A DNA stretch of 64,000 nucleotides from an uncultured cyanobacterium. GTDB taxonomy: Bacteria; Cyanobacteriota; Cyanobacteriia; Cyanobacteriales; Nostocaceae. Of this stretch, positions 1 through 8,726 are shown one piece after another. The position numbers and the translations under genes were made by a program. The stretch spans positions 5,184,001-5,248,000 of the forward strand of contig OY970166.1 of NCBI GenBank assembly GCA_963706595.1. Direction: 5' to 3'. The notes under the pieces are model-generated. The model had not been told where the DNA came from, did no database searches, and saw nothing but the letters and a program-made list of their open reading frames with translations. Position 1 is the first letter of the stretch. Every line of letters starts with the position of its first letter.

Positions 1-601
1 TGTCGCCTTGTACATAGCCTGTGTAACGTACTACCACTGTTTCACCTGGTTGGGCTGTTCCTGCCATTAATTGGTGCATTTGGGGATTATAAGGTACTTC
101 TGCTGCCACGGGTGCGATCGCCTGTATTCCCCATTCCTGTAATAGTCTTTCTAAAGGTTTCTGCACCAAAGGCACAATTTTAATTGCTGCTAACTGGGGA
201 TTTTCCGTAGCTTTCTGGGCTGCTGTCGGCCATTGTAATAATAATGATTCCAGCAATTGTAAACTCGACTGCTGGAATTCTTGTTTTAATATTTCTCGCT
301 GTTGTGCTAATTGCAGTTGCGATCGCTGGTACTCTGTTTTTAACTCTGCTATCTCTTTTTGGCTAGGGAGTGGGGAGTGGGAAGTAGGGAGTGCTGAAAA
401 AGTATCGAGTAATTCACTCAACGAAATCTGGAAAACTTGCGATAACTTCAGCAGCACATCCACCCGCATTTGTTCTAGTTTGCCTTGTCGCAGCCGCAAA
501 ATTTGACGTTCTGAGACACCAGCATCACGACTCAACGCCTTAAAACTAGAAATATTTACACGCTGCATCAAATTTTGCAACTTCTGGGTGTCATTAATCA
601 T
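1..601 (-). CDS. XRE-type HTH protein with C-terminal GrpE-like domain (3' end runs off the window)
   Basis: Manual translation: MINDTQKLQNLMQRVNISSFKALSRDAGVSERQILRLRQG (HTH) ... VPYNPQMHQLMAGTAQPGETVVVRYTGYVQGD (GrpE-like beta region). Not in the ORF track because it is truncated. Confidence 0.7.
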   Translation of the reverse strand, partial: MINDTQKLQNLMQRVNISSFKALSRDAGVSERQILRLRQGKLEQMRVDVLLKLSQVFQISLSELLDTFSALPTSHSPLPSQKEIAELKTEYQRSQLQLAQQREILKQEFQQSSLQLLESLLLQWPTAAQKATENPQLAAIKIVPLVQKPLERLLQEWGIQAIAPVAAEVPYNPQMHQLMAGTAQPGETVVVRYTGYVQGD

Positions 602-708
602 TAGTCATTAGTCATTGATTGGCAAGTCAAAATCTTTCCTCCCCCCTGCTCCCTGCTCCCTGCTCCCCTGCTTCTTCTCCCCACTCCCCACTCCCCACTC
701 CCCATTCC

Positions 709-1200
709 CTACTCTTCCAATAAACTTCTCAACATCCAAGCAGTTTTTTCGTGGACTTGCATCCGTTGAGTTAATAAATCGGCTGTGGGTTCGTCGTTGA
801 CTTCTTCCAATAGAGGAAAAATAGAACGTGCAGTTCTGACGACGGCTTCTTGTCCTTCCACCAGCAAGCCAATCATTTCTTTAGCTTTGGGAACTCCTGG
901 GGTTTCTGGAATTGAACTCAGTTTGACATATTCGCTGTAAGTTCCTGGTGCGGGGTGTCCTAAAGCTCTGATTCTTTCGGCAATTAAATCAACAGCTAAG
1001 GCTAATTCTGTATACTGAGTCTCAAACATTAAATGCAAGGTTTGAAACATCGGACCTGTAACGTTCCAATGAAAGTTATGAGTTTTTAGATACAGTGTAT
1101 AAGTGTCAGCCAATAGGCGAGACAGACCCTCGGCAATTTTAGCCCTACTTGCGTCGTCAATACCGATATTGACATTTTTGGCTGTTGCTTGAGATGACAT
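709..1200 (-). CDS. dps: Dps family DNA-protection / ferritin-like protein
   Basis: [16 protein letters not shown] and [11 protein letters not shown] ferroxidase motifs; HEKTAWML C-terminus. Confidence 0.95.
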   Translation of the reverse strand: MSSQATAKNVNIGIDDASRAKIAEGLSRLLADTYTLYLKTHNFHWNVTGPMFQTLHLMFETQYTELALAVDLIAERIRALGHPAPGTYSEYVKLSSIPETPGVPKAKEMIGLLVEGQEAVVRTARSIFPLLEEVNDEPTADLLTQRMQVHEKTAWMLRSLLEE

Positions 1201-1255
1201 ATTTTTCCCTTATTTGGTTATGTGTTTGAGAAATCTCACATCTAAATACTTATTA

Positions 1256-1522
1256 TCATGCCAAATGCATCTTGAGGACGCTACGAGGAGCTTTACGAAC
1301 TCTGGCGATAATTGTTTCTTTGCCTAAGCGCTGACAAGCTTCATAACGGTGACAACCAGAAAAGCCATAATATTGTCCCTCTACTTCTAGGACATCGATG
1401 GGTTCTTGCTGTCCAATAGCTGCTATCGATTCCATTAAGGCTTGGACTTTATTGGGGTCGTTTGCACGGGGTAACGGCCGTTTAATTTGATTCAAGGGAA
1501 TTTCTGCAACTCTCATCATCAA
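1256..1522 (-). CDS. srxA: Sulfiredoxin (ParB/Srx fold)
   Basis: YYGFSGCHRYEA catalytic Cys motif; 88 aa. Confidence 0.9.
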   Translation of the reverse strand: MMMRVAEIPLNQIKRPLPRANDPNKVQALMESIAAIGQQEPIDVLEVEGQYYGFSGCHRYEACQRLGKETIIARVRKAPRSVLKMHLA

Positions 1523-1558
1523 AAGTTGACCTCCTTTGTTTTCTCTCTTTGTTTAAAT

Positions 1559-1577
1559 CATACTCGTTATGACTTTA
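1559..1577 (-). promoter_or_regulatory. Putative PerR/FurC operator upstream of srxA-dps
   Basis: Minus strand TAAAGTCATAACGAGTATG (TCATA-N5-TATGA dyad) about 40 bp upstream of srxA; resembles the Anabaena FurC box as I recall it. Confidence 0.5.
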
Positions 1578-1617
1578 TTCTACACCATTTCAGGATATGA
1601 GTTTATGGGTTGGAGAG

Positions 1618-1648
1618 TTGACATTATTTATAGTAAAATCTACCATAA
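1618..1648 (+). promoter_or_regulatory. Sigma70-type promoter overlapped by an NrtR operator
   Basis: TTGACA (1618-1623), 17-bp spacer, TACCAT (1641-1646); 21-bp dyad TTATAGT-AAAATCT-ACCATAA (1628-1648) with the NrtR GT-N7-AC core. Confidence 0.8.
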
Positions 1649-1680
1649 TAGAAGTAGCATTCTTCTAAAGACGCTCTTGC

Positions 1681-3066
1681 ATGGCAACATTTCCAGACTG
1701 GGACGGGGAACTGACTCTGTGTGCGGCTGATTACAGCCTGCTAACTGACCTTTACCAGCTAACAATGGCAGCTTGTTATACAGGCGAAGGTGTAGAACAA
1801 CGAAGGGCTAGCTTTGAATTATTTGTCAGACGCTTGCCAGAAAATTTTGGCTATTTAATAGCGATGGGGTTAGAGCAGGTTTTGACATATTTGTCAAACT
1901 TTCGCTTTAGCCCTGATCAAATTAAGGCTTTACAGGCGACGCAAATTTTTGCTCATGCAAGCGAAAACTTTTGGTTACTATTAGCTGAGGGGTGTTTTAC
2001 GGGTGATGTGTGGGCAGTACCAGAAGGAACAGCCGTGTTTGCTAATCAGCCATTATTGCGGGTGGAAGCACCCCTTTGGCAAGCACAACTGGTAGAAACT
2101 TATTTACTGAATACGATTAATTATCAATCTTTAATTGCTACCAGGGCGGCACGTATCCGTGATGTGGCGGGGGAATCAGCCACACTCTTGGAATTTGGCA
2201 CTAGAAGGGCTTTTAGTCCCCAAGCTTCTTTGTGGGCGGCGCGGGCTGGTTTGGCTGGGGGCTTGAATTCTACTTCTAATGTGTTAGCAGCGCTACAACT
2301 GGGAGAACAGCCAAGTGGTACGATGGCTCACGCTTTAGTTATGGCATTGTCAGCAATGGCAGGTAGTGAAGAGCAGGCTTTTACTGCCTTTCATCGGTAT
2401 TTTCCTGGTGCGCCATTGTTGATTGATACTTATGATACTATCGCTGCGGCACGGCAGTTAGCTGCTAAAGTCAATGCTGGCGAAATGGAATTAACTGGGG
2501 TGAGGTTGGATTCTGGAGATTTGGTTACTTTGTCAAAACAAGTGCGATCGCTTCTTCCTAATGTATCAATTTTTGCTAGCGGCGATTTAGATGAATGGGA
2601 AATTGCCCGGCTGAAGGCGGCTGATGCCCAAATCGATGGCTATGGGTTGGGAACTCGATTGGTTACGGGTGCGCCTGTGAATGGAGTTTATAAACTCGTG
2701 GAAATCGATGGTATCCCGGTGATGAAACAGTCTAGTGGTAAGGTGACTTATCCCGGACGCAAGCAAATTTTTCGCTCGTTTACAGGAGGTCAGGTAAAAG
2801 CCGATAAATTGGCGTTAGTAGATGAAAGCAATGTCTTAGGATCACCTTTGTTGCAGTTGGTAGTCAAGAATGGTGAACGCTTACATCCGCCGGCAAGTTT
2901 ACAGGAGATTCGCCAACGAACTGCGGCTACTGTGGCTAGTTTACCCCAGGAGACTCGGCGTTTGGATGATCCGGTGGGGGTGGAGGTGGAGATTTCTGCT
3001 GGTTTGCAGAAGTTGATTTCGGAAACTAAGGAACGAACCGCAGAGGCGCAGAGGACACAGAGATGA
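1681..3066 (+). CDS. pncB: Nicotinate phosphoribosyltransferase
   Basis: LLTDLYQLTM, EFGTRRA, GTMAH, LIDTYD, VRLDSGD motifs. Confidence 0.93.
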   Translation: MATFPDWDGELTLCAADYSLLTDLYQLTMAACYTGEGVEQRRASFELFVRRLPENFGYLIAMGLEQVLTYLSNFRFSPDQIKALQATQIFAHASENFWLLLAEGCFTGDVWAVPEGTAVFANQPLLRVEAPLWQAQLVETYLLNTINYQSLIATRAARIRDVAGESATLLEFGTRRAFSPQASLWAARAGLAGGLNSTSNVLAALQLGEQPSGTMAHALVMALSAMAGSEEQAFTAFHRYFPGAPLLIDTYDTIAAARQLAAKVNAGEMELTGVRLDSGDLVTLSKQVRSLLPNVSIFASGDLDEWEIARLKAADAQIDGYGLGTRLVTGAPVNGVYKLVEIDGIPVMKQSSGKVTYPGRKQIFRSFTGGQVKADKLALVDESNVLGSPLLQLVVKNGERLHPPASLQEIRQRTAATVASLPQETRRLDDPVGVEVEISAGLQKLISETKERTAEAQRTQR

Positions 3067-3662
3067 GAATTGCTTTGTTTGGTACTAGTGCTGATCCCCC
3101 GACGGCTGGACATCAAAAGATTCTCAGGTGGTTATCTGAGGGTTATGATTGGGTAGCAGTTTGGGCGGCGGATAATCCTTTTAAGTCTCATCAAACACCT
3201 TTAGAACATCGGGCAACAATGCTGCGATTGTTGATTACTGATATTGATACGCCACGGCAGAATATTGCTTTGGAACAGGATTTGAGTAGTTTCAGAACTC
3301 TGGAAACTCTGGAAAAAGCTAAGTCTCGCTGGGGTGAGGATACTGAGTTTACTTTGGTGATTGGTTCGGATTTATTACATCAGTTACCGCGATGGTATCG
3401 CATTGAAGATTTGTTACAGCAAGTGCAACTGCTGATTGTGCCACGACCAGGATATGCCATAGATGAGTATAGCTTGGAGGCGGTGCAAAATCTGGGCGGT
3501 GACATTGCGATCGCTAGCTTAACTGGTATAGATGTTTCTTCCACAGCCTATCGTGAACATGGAGATACTCAAGCCCTAACTCCCCCAATTGTCGCTTACA
3601 TTCATCAAGAGCATTTGTACAAATGCCAGGACGCAACCACAAAAAGTTACCAATTCAATTAA
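3063..3662 (+). CDS. nadD: Nicotinate-nucleotide adenylyltransferase
   Basis: FGTSADPPTAGH, IGSD and VSST motifs; ATGA overlap with pncB. Confidence 0.92.
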   Translation: MRIALFGTSADPPTAGHQKILRWLSEGYDWVAVWAADNPFKSHQTPLEHRATMLRLLITDIDTPRQNIALEQDLSSFRTLETLEKAKSRWGEDTEFTLVIGSDLLHQLPRWYRIEDLLQQVQLLIVPRPGYAIDEYSLEAVQNLGGDIAIASLTGIDVSSTAYREHGDTQALTPPIVAYIHQEHLYKCQDATTKSYQFN

Positions 3663-4369
3663 ATCAACAACCTTTGGCCGATTTTAAGGTTGGTGTTGAT
3701 AATGTCATTTTTTCTGTAGATACTGCCCAAAATCGGCTGTTAGTTCTGTTAATCATGCGACAGCAGGAACCATATTTAAATTCTTGGAGTCTTCCCGGTA
3801 CTTTGGTACGTCAAGGAGAATCTTTAGAAGATGCTGCTTATCGGATTATGGCGGAGAAAATTAGGGTAAATAATCTCTATTTAGAACAGTTATATACCTT
3901 TGGCGGTCCCCATCGCGACCCCAGAGAAGCTACTGGTAGTTATGGTGTCCGTTATCTATCTGTTAGTTATTTTGCTCTGGTGCGGTTTGAAGAAGCCGAA
4001 TTAATTGCTGATAAAGCTACGGGAATTGCTTGGTATCCAGTCAAAGATGTCCCCCAATTAGCTTTTGATCACAATCAAGTTTTGGCTTATGGACACAGGC
4101 GTTTACGAAATAAGTTAGAGTATAGTCCGGTGGCTTTTGATGTTTTGCCAGCTAGCTTTACATTGAATGATTTGTATCAGCTATACACCACAATTTTAGG
4201 CGACAACTTCGCCGATTATTCTAACTTTCGGGCGCGGTTACTTAAGTTGGGTTTTTTGTCCGATACCGGAATCAAGGTATCACGAGGTGCTGGTCGTCCG
4301 GCGAGTTTATATAAGTTTGATGCTGATGCTTTTGCACCTTTGAAAGATAAGCCTTTAGTTTTTATTTGA
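3623..4369 (+). CDS. nrtR: NrtR NUDIX-related transcriptional regulator of NAD metabolism
   Basis: Degenerate Nudix box (LPGTLVRQGESLEDAAYR), LEQLYTF..P.RDPR, LAFDH, C-terminal wHTH ending GRPASLY; sits inside the NAD operon. Confidence 0.88.
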   Translation: MPGRNHKKLPIQLNQQPLADFKVGVDNVIFSVDTAQNRLLVLLIMRQQEPYLNSWSLPGTLVRQGESLEDAAYRIMAEKIRVNNLYLEQLYTFGGPHRDPREATGSYGVRYLSVSYFALVRFEEAELIADKATGIAWYPVKDVPQLAFDHNQVLAYGHRRLRNKLEYSPVAFDVLPASFTLNDLYQLYTTILGDNFADYSNFRARLLKLGFLSDTGIKVSRGAGRPASLYKFDADAFAPLKDKPLVFI

Positions 4370-4370
4370 C

Positions 4371-4456
4371 TATAGCGGTTATCAGTTAAGTGAGATAGAA
4401 TAACCCCACCCCCAACCCCCTCCCCGCAAGCGAGGAGGGGGCTATGATGTACTTCA
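4371..4456 (+). mobile_element. MITE family A copy (right end truncated)
   Basis: TATAGCGGTTATCAGTTAAGTGAGATA...CCCCCTCCCCGCAAGCGAGGAGGGGGCTATGATGTACTTCA; same element at 16824, 28842, 29575 and 52126. Confidence 0.75.
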
Positions 4457-4465
4457 AAATCGAAA

Positions 4466-6181
4466 ATGAAAATTTCTATTGCTCAACTTAATCCTATTAT
4501 TGGTGATTTGCTTGGTAATGCTCAAAAAATTCTGTCAGCAGCCCAAGCAGCATCTGCTAAAGGTGCGCGTTTATTATTAACACCAGAACTTTCTTTGTGT
4601 GGCTATCCCCCAAGGGATTTATTACTCAATCCTAGTTTTGTCGCTGCGATGGGGATGACATTAAAACAACTAGCTACAGATTTACCACCTAATTTAGCTG
4701 TATTGGTAGGAACTGTTTCCCCAAATTTAAAAGCGCATACCAGTGGCGGGAAAAGTTTATTTAATAGCATCGCTTTGTTAGAAGAGGGTAAAATAAAACA
4801 AATTTTTCATAAGCGGCTGTTACCTACTTATGATGTATTTGATGAAAACCGTTATTTTGAACCAGGGTTAGAAGCTAGTTATTTTACTCTAGATAATCTT
4901 GATATTGGTGTAACTATTTGCGAAGATTTATGGAATGATGAAGACTTTTTAGGGAAACGTAGTTATGCAGTAAATCCTATTGCTGATTTAGCAATTTTGC
5001 GTGTTGATATCATTGTGAATCTCTCTGCTTCACCCTACAGTTTGAGTAAGCAGCAGTATCGAGAATCTATGCTCAAGCATAGTGCGGTACGTTTTGGACA
5101 ACCAATAATTTATACTAATCAAGTCGGGGGAAATGACGATTTAATTTTTGATGGGCGCAGTTTTGCTTTGAATCGTCAAGGTGAAATTGTCTGTCGTGCT
5201 AATGGTTTTGCCACTGATTTAGTAATAGTTGAATTTGATGAAGGACAGAAAGATTTACAGTTGGCTTATGTCACACCTGCATATCAATCAGAAGCGGAAG
5301 AAATTTGGCAAGCTTTGGTGTTGGGAGTCCGGGACTATGCCCAAAAGTGTGGTTTTTCTAAAGTGGTGCTGGGTTTAAGTGGGGGAATTGATTCGGCTTT
5401 AGTGGCGGCGATCGCATCCGTAGCCCTTGGTAAAGAAAATGTCCTCGGTGTCCTGATGCCTTCGCCTTACAGTTCATCACATTCTGTTAGTGATGCTTTG
5501 GCATTAGCAGAAAATCTGGGTATTGAAACTACTATTTTAAAGATAGGGGAATTAATGGCAGGGTTTGATCACACCTTAGCTGATTTGTTTGCGGGGACTG
5601 AATTTGGTATTGCTGAGGAAAATATCCAGTCCCGGATTCGTGGTAATTTATTGATGGCGATCGCAAACAAATTTGGTTATCTGCTATTATCCACTGGTAA
5701 CAAGTCAGAAATGGCAGTAGGTTACTGCACGCTTTACGGTGATATGAATGGCGGGTTGGCTGTAATTGCTGATGTTCCCAAAACCCGTGTTTATGCACTT
5801 TGCCATTGGTTAAATCGTCAAAACGAAATTATTCCCCAAAATATTCTCACCAAGCCACCAAGCGCCGAACTCAAACCCGGTCAACTTGACCAAGATTCTC
5901 TACCCGACTACGAAATTTTAGACGACATCTTGGAACGCCTAATCCACAACCACCAATCAGCAGCCGAAATTGTCGCCGCCGGACATGAACCGATAATTGT
6001 CAACCGAGTGATTCAGATGGTGGCGCGGGCTGAATTTAAACGCCGACAAGCACCCCCAGGATTAAAAATTACTGACCGCGCCTTTGGTACTGGTTGGCGA
6101 ATGCCAATTGCCAGTAATTGGGCGGCTGTCAAAAATACCCATCAGACTCAAACCACCCCTAAATCAATCACACCCAATTAG
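4466..6181 (+). CDS. nadE: Glutamine-dependent NAD+ synthetase
   Basis: N-terminal nitrilase-type glutaminase (PEL, K..LP.Y, ICEDLW); synthetase SGGIDS, ENIQSRIR, STGNKSE, PSAEL. Confidence 0.95.
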   Translation: MKISIAQLNPIIGDLLGNAQKILSAAQAASAKGARLLLTPELSLCGYPPRDLLLNPSFVAAMGMTLKQLATDLPPNLAVLVGTVSPNLKAHTSGGKSLFNSIALLEEGKIKQIFHKRLLPTYDVFDENRYFEPGLEASYFTLDNLDIGVTICEDLWNDEDFLGKRSYAVNPIADLAILRVDIIVNLSASPYSLSKQQYRESMLKHSAVRFGQPIIYTNQVGGNDDLIFDGRSFALNRQGEIVCRANGFATDLVIVEFDEGQKDLQLAYVTPAYQSEAEEIWQALVLGVRDYAQKCGFSKVVLGLSGGIDSALVAAIASVALGKENVLGVLMPSPYSSSHSVSDALALAENLGIETTILKIGELMAGFDHTLADLFAGTEFGIAEENIQSRIRGNLLMAIANKFGYLLLSTGNKSEMAVGYCTLYGDMNGGLAVIADVPKTRVYALCHWLNRQNEIIPQNILTKPPSAELKPGQLDQDSLPDYEILDDILERLIHNHQSAAEIVAAGHEPIIVNRVIQMVARAEFKRRQAPPGLKITDRAFGTGWRMPIASNWAAVKNTHQTQTTPKSITPN

Positions 6182-6224
6182 CAGTAATCCTGGCTGGAGA
6201 GTCTAAATGCCCCAATATACGCCT

Positions 6225-6263
6225 TGATAACTGATAACTGATAACTGATAACTGATAACTGAT
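6225..6263. repeat. STRR heptamer array (GATAACT)n
   Basis: About 5.5 tandem copies between the convergent nadE and TPR genes. Confidence 0.85.
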
Positions 6264-6944
6264 TTAGCCTCCTAACTCCCGCAACATCCCATCTATCCTG
6301 TTGACTCCCGCCGAGTCATTTCGGCGTTGATACAAGTCGCGTGCTTTCCGCAGCACGTTGTTGGCTTGTGAAGTTTGTCGTCGCTGTTTATACATTAAAG
6401 CCATAAACTCATAAGTTTGGGCGTTATTGGGATTAAGTTTAATGGCTTCTTGGTAAGCCCAATTAGCGGCTGTAAAGTCTCCCATCCGGGCTTGAGTGAT
6501 ACCTAATCCCAAATAAGCATTTAAATGGTTACGGTTTAGCTGGATGGCACGACGGTAAGATTGTGTCGCCCCCTTAGTGTCACCCAAATTAACTTTGATG
6601 TAACCGACAGCGTAATGAAAATCACTATTATTAGTGTCAATTGCGATCGCGCGACGATAAGAAGCTAAAGCTGGTTTAAAATTTCCTTGTTGGGCATATA
6701 GGTAGCCAATCCCAGAATGAATTCTCGCATTCCTTGGCTCGATCTTAGCGGCTTGTTGATAAATAGCGATCGCTCCATTGTAGTCCCTAGCTGCCACCAG
6801 CCTCTCTCCTTCCTCAAAGAGCCTCTTTAATTGGGGGTTTGTGGTTTGCGCTATGAGTACCTGAGCCTGAGCTACCGAAGGGATGCTAATGGCGCTAAAT
6901 CCTAAGAACAGAATACCAACTGCAAGTGATATGCGTTTGTACAC
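6264..6944 (-). CDS. Secreted TPR-repeat protein
   Basis: Signal peptide ending AQA; several 34-aa TPR units. Confidence 0.85.
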   Translation of the reverse strand: MYKRISLAVGILFLGFSAISIPSVAQAQVLIAQTTNPQLKRLFEEGERLVAARDYNGAIAIYQQAAKIEPRNARIHSGIGYLYAQQGNFKPALASYRRAIAIDTNNSDFHYAVGYIKVNLGDTKGATQSYRRAIQLNRNHLNAYLGLGITQARMGDFTAANWAYQEAIKLNPNNAQTYEFMALMYKQRRQTSQANNVLRKARDLYQRRNDSAGVNRIDGMLRELGG

Positions 6945-7369
6945 AGTAAAATTCCTGAATTTTTAGGGGACTTTTGCTTGTACATTAAAACAAAAAATGC
7001 GAGTTTTGAAAACTGTATTGATTTACTTTCACAAAATTTAAATAGATGGTCAATTCAGATACTTTTTAACAGCACAAAATTTCCTGAGTTTATACTGGAG
7101 GACTGATTGACTATTATCAAGTATTAAGTATATCTCGCCAATCAAATTATTGTTGGACAAAATGCCTTTTGTTGAGAGTAATTTTCGTCCTGTCCTCCCG
7201 TTACACAAATGAAAGGTATCTCTTGCCTTGCTATGATGCCACAAAGAGGCAGAGGAGCCGGGGGATTTGGCACTCATCTCATAAACGGGTTCTCAGCAAC
7301 TACATTGATGTATGGGATCAATTTAAAATCCAAAATCTAAAATCTAAAATTGAGTGAAGGGACTAATTT

Positions 7370-7696
7370 ATGATTGTAACTACGACTGATGTGATTCAAG
7401 GTGCGGTGATTGAATCATATTTAGGTATTGTGACGGCAGAAGTCGTCTACGGCAGTAATTTCATCCGAGATTTTTTTGCCAGCATTCGAGACGTTATCGG
7501 TGGTCGAACTGCTAGCTATGAGCGTCTATTTGAGCAGGGACAGCGCAAAGCCATAGAAGAATTAGAACAACGCGCCCAGCGTTTAGGCGCAGATGCTGTA
7601 ATTGGGATTGAATTTGATACCGGCACAATCAATATTGATCAAAGCGGAGTTTTATTATTGATTACGGCCACAGGTACTGCTGTAAAAATGCGTTAA
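7370..7696 (+). CDS. YbjQ / UPF0145 family protein
   Basis: MIVTTTD..G..I..YLGIV, RDVIGGR, ATGTAV motifs. Confidence 0.9.
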   Translation: MIVTTTDVIQGAVIESYLGIVTAEVVYGSNFIRDFFASIRDVIGGRTASYERLFEQGQRKAIEELEQRAQRLGADAVIGIEFDTGTINIDQSGVLLLITATGTAVKMR

Positions 7697-8095
7697 TTTG
7701 TGAATCCTATTTTGTTCGGTGACTAATGGGTAATGGTTTAGTGATCATAAATAATAAATATGTATGGCGCTAAAAAGCACATATTTTGTAGGGGTTTAGC
7801 AATGCTAAACCCCTACCACCTCGGTATATTTACTATCAACATAATCATTGTTCAAAGCCGGAAATTGGCTATTTTCGTAACACCATGCCATGATTAATTT
7901 GTACAGTGGGTAAGTCCTAATATTTATTAACTAATTTAAGTTAATCCTGCTAAAGATAGAGTAATTAACTCCTTCTATTGATAGATATTAAAAATCATAT
8001 CTGGCAATTTAATTTTAAGCATAAGCATGAATGAATCATCAAATCAATATAACTGAGTAAAAACTTTGCTGATAAAGCAATGGAGAAAATAAACT

Positions 8096-8725
8096 ATGTC
8101 ATACATAAATCGCGTAGGCGATGATGTTATTAATGAATCCGCAGTAGCAAGTAGAGTAGCTGAATATCATGATCGAGTGCGCTGGGGTCCAATAATTGCT
8201 GGCGTGTTGGTGGCCTTAGCTACTCAATTAATCTTGAGTTCCTTGTTTGGCGCTATCGGCGCAGGTGCAATTGCCGGTTCAGGAGCGCCCAGAACTATCA
8301 CCCCTGATATTGCGGCTAATGTGGGAATTTGGTCAACTCTGGCTTTGTTAATTTCTCTGTTCGTTGGTGGTTGGGTGACAACTCGTAGTTGTGGACCAAT
8401 GAACCGGAATACAGCCCTGCTCAATGGCGCAATTCTCTGGGCTACTACTATCGCCCTGAGTTCTTGGCTATTAGCAAGTGGTGTCTGGGGGACTTTTGGG
8501 ATTGTGGCTCCCAATGTTGCGGTAGCTGTACCCCCCCAGGCTATTCAACCAGGCGCTCCCGTACCGCCCACTACTGTCACGGCTGAACAGGCTCGCCAAA
8601 TTGCTGCGGCTACTTCCAGAGCTTTGTGGTGGTTTGTATTGGGTTCTTTGTTGAGTTTAGCTGCGGCTCTCATGGGTGCTGTTGTGGGCGCTCGCAGTCC
8701 TCGAACTAACAATTATCGGGCGTGA
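8096..8725 (+). CDS. Conserved integral membrane protein (about 4 TM helices)
   Basis: RVRWGPIIAG N-terminal motif, hydrophobic segments; its TGA stop is supplied by the IS right end. Confidence 0.75.
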   Translation: MSYINRVGDDVINESAVASRVAEYHDRVRWGPIIAGVLVALATQLILSSLFGAIGAGAIAGSGAPRTITPDIAANVGIWSTLALLISLFVGGWVTTRSCGPMNRNTALLNGAILWATTIALSSWLLASGVWGTFGIVAPNVAVAVPPQAIQPGAPVPPTTVTAEQARQIAAATSRALWWFVLGSLLSLAAALMGAVVGARSPRTNNYRA

Positions 8726-8726
8726 A

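Noticed and set aside
615..800. Pro-rich ORFs here and at 23599, 38898, 61549, 63387 and 63659
   Set aside because: Translations of STRR heptamer arrays; no coding evidence
1681..6181. NAD-reconstitution or antiphage NAD system
   Set aside because: Gene set and NrtR box match the ordinary housekeeping NAD salvage operon of cyanobacteria
7050..7357. Short ORFs between the TPR gene and ybjQ
   Set aside because: No recognisable domain or convincing start; partly made of AAAATC(C/T) repeats
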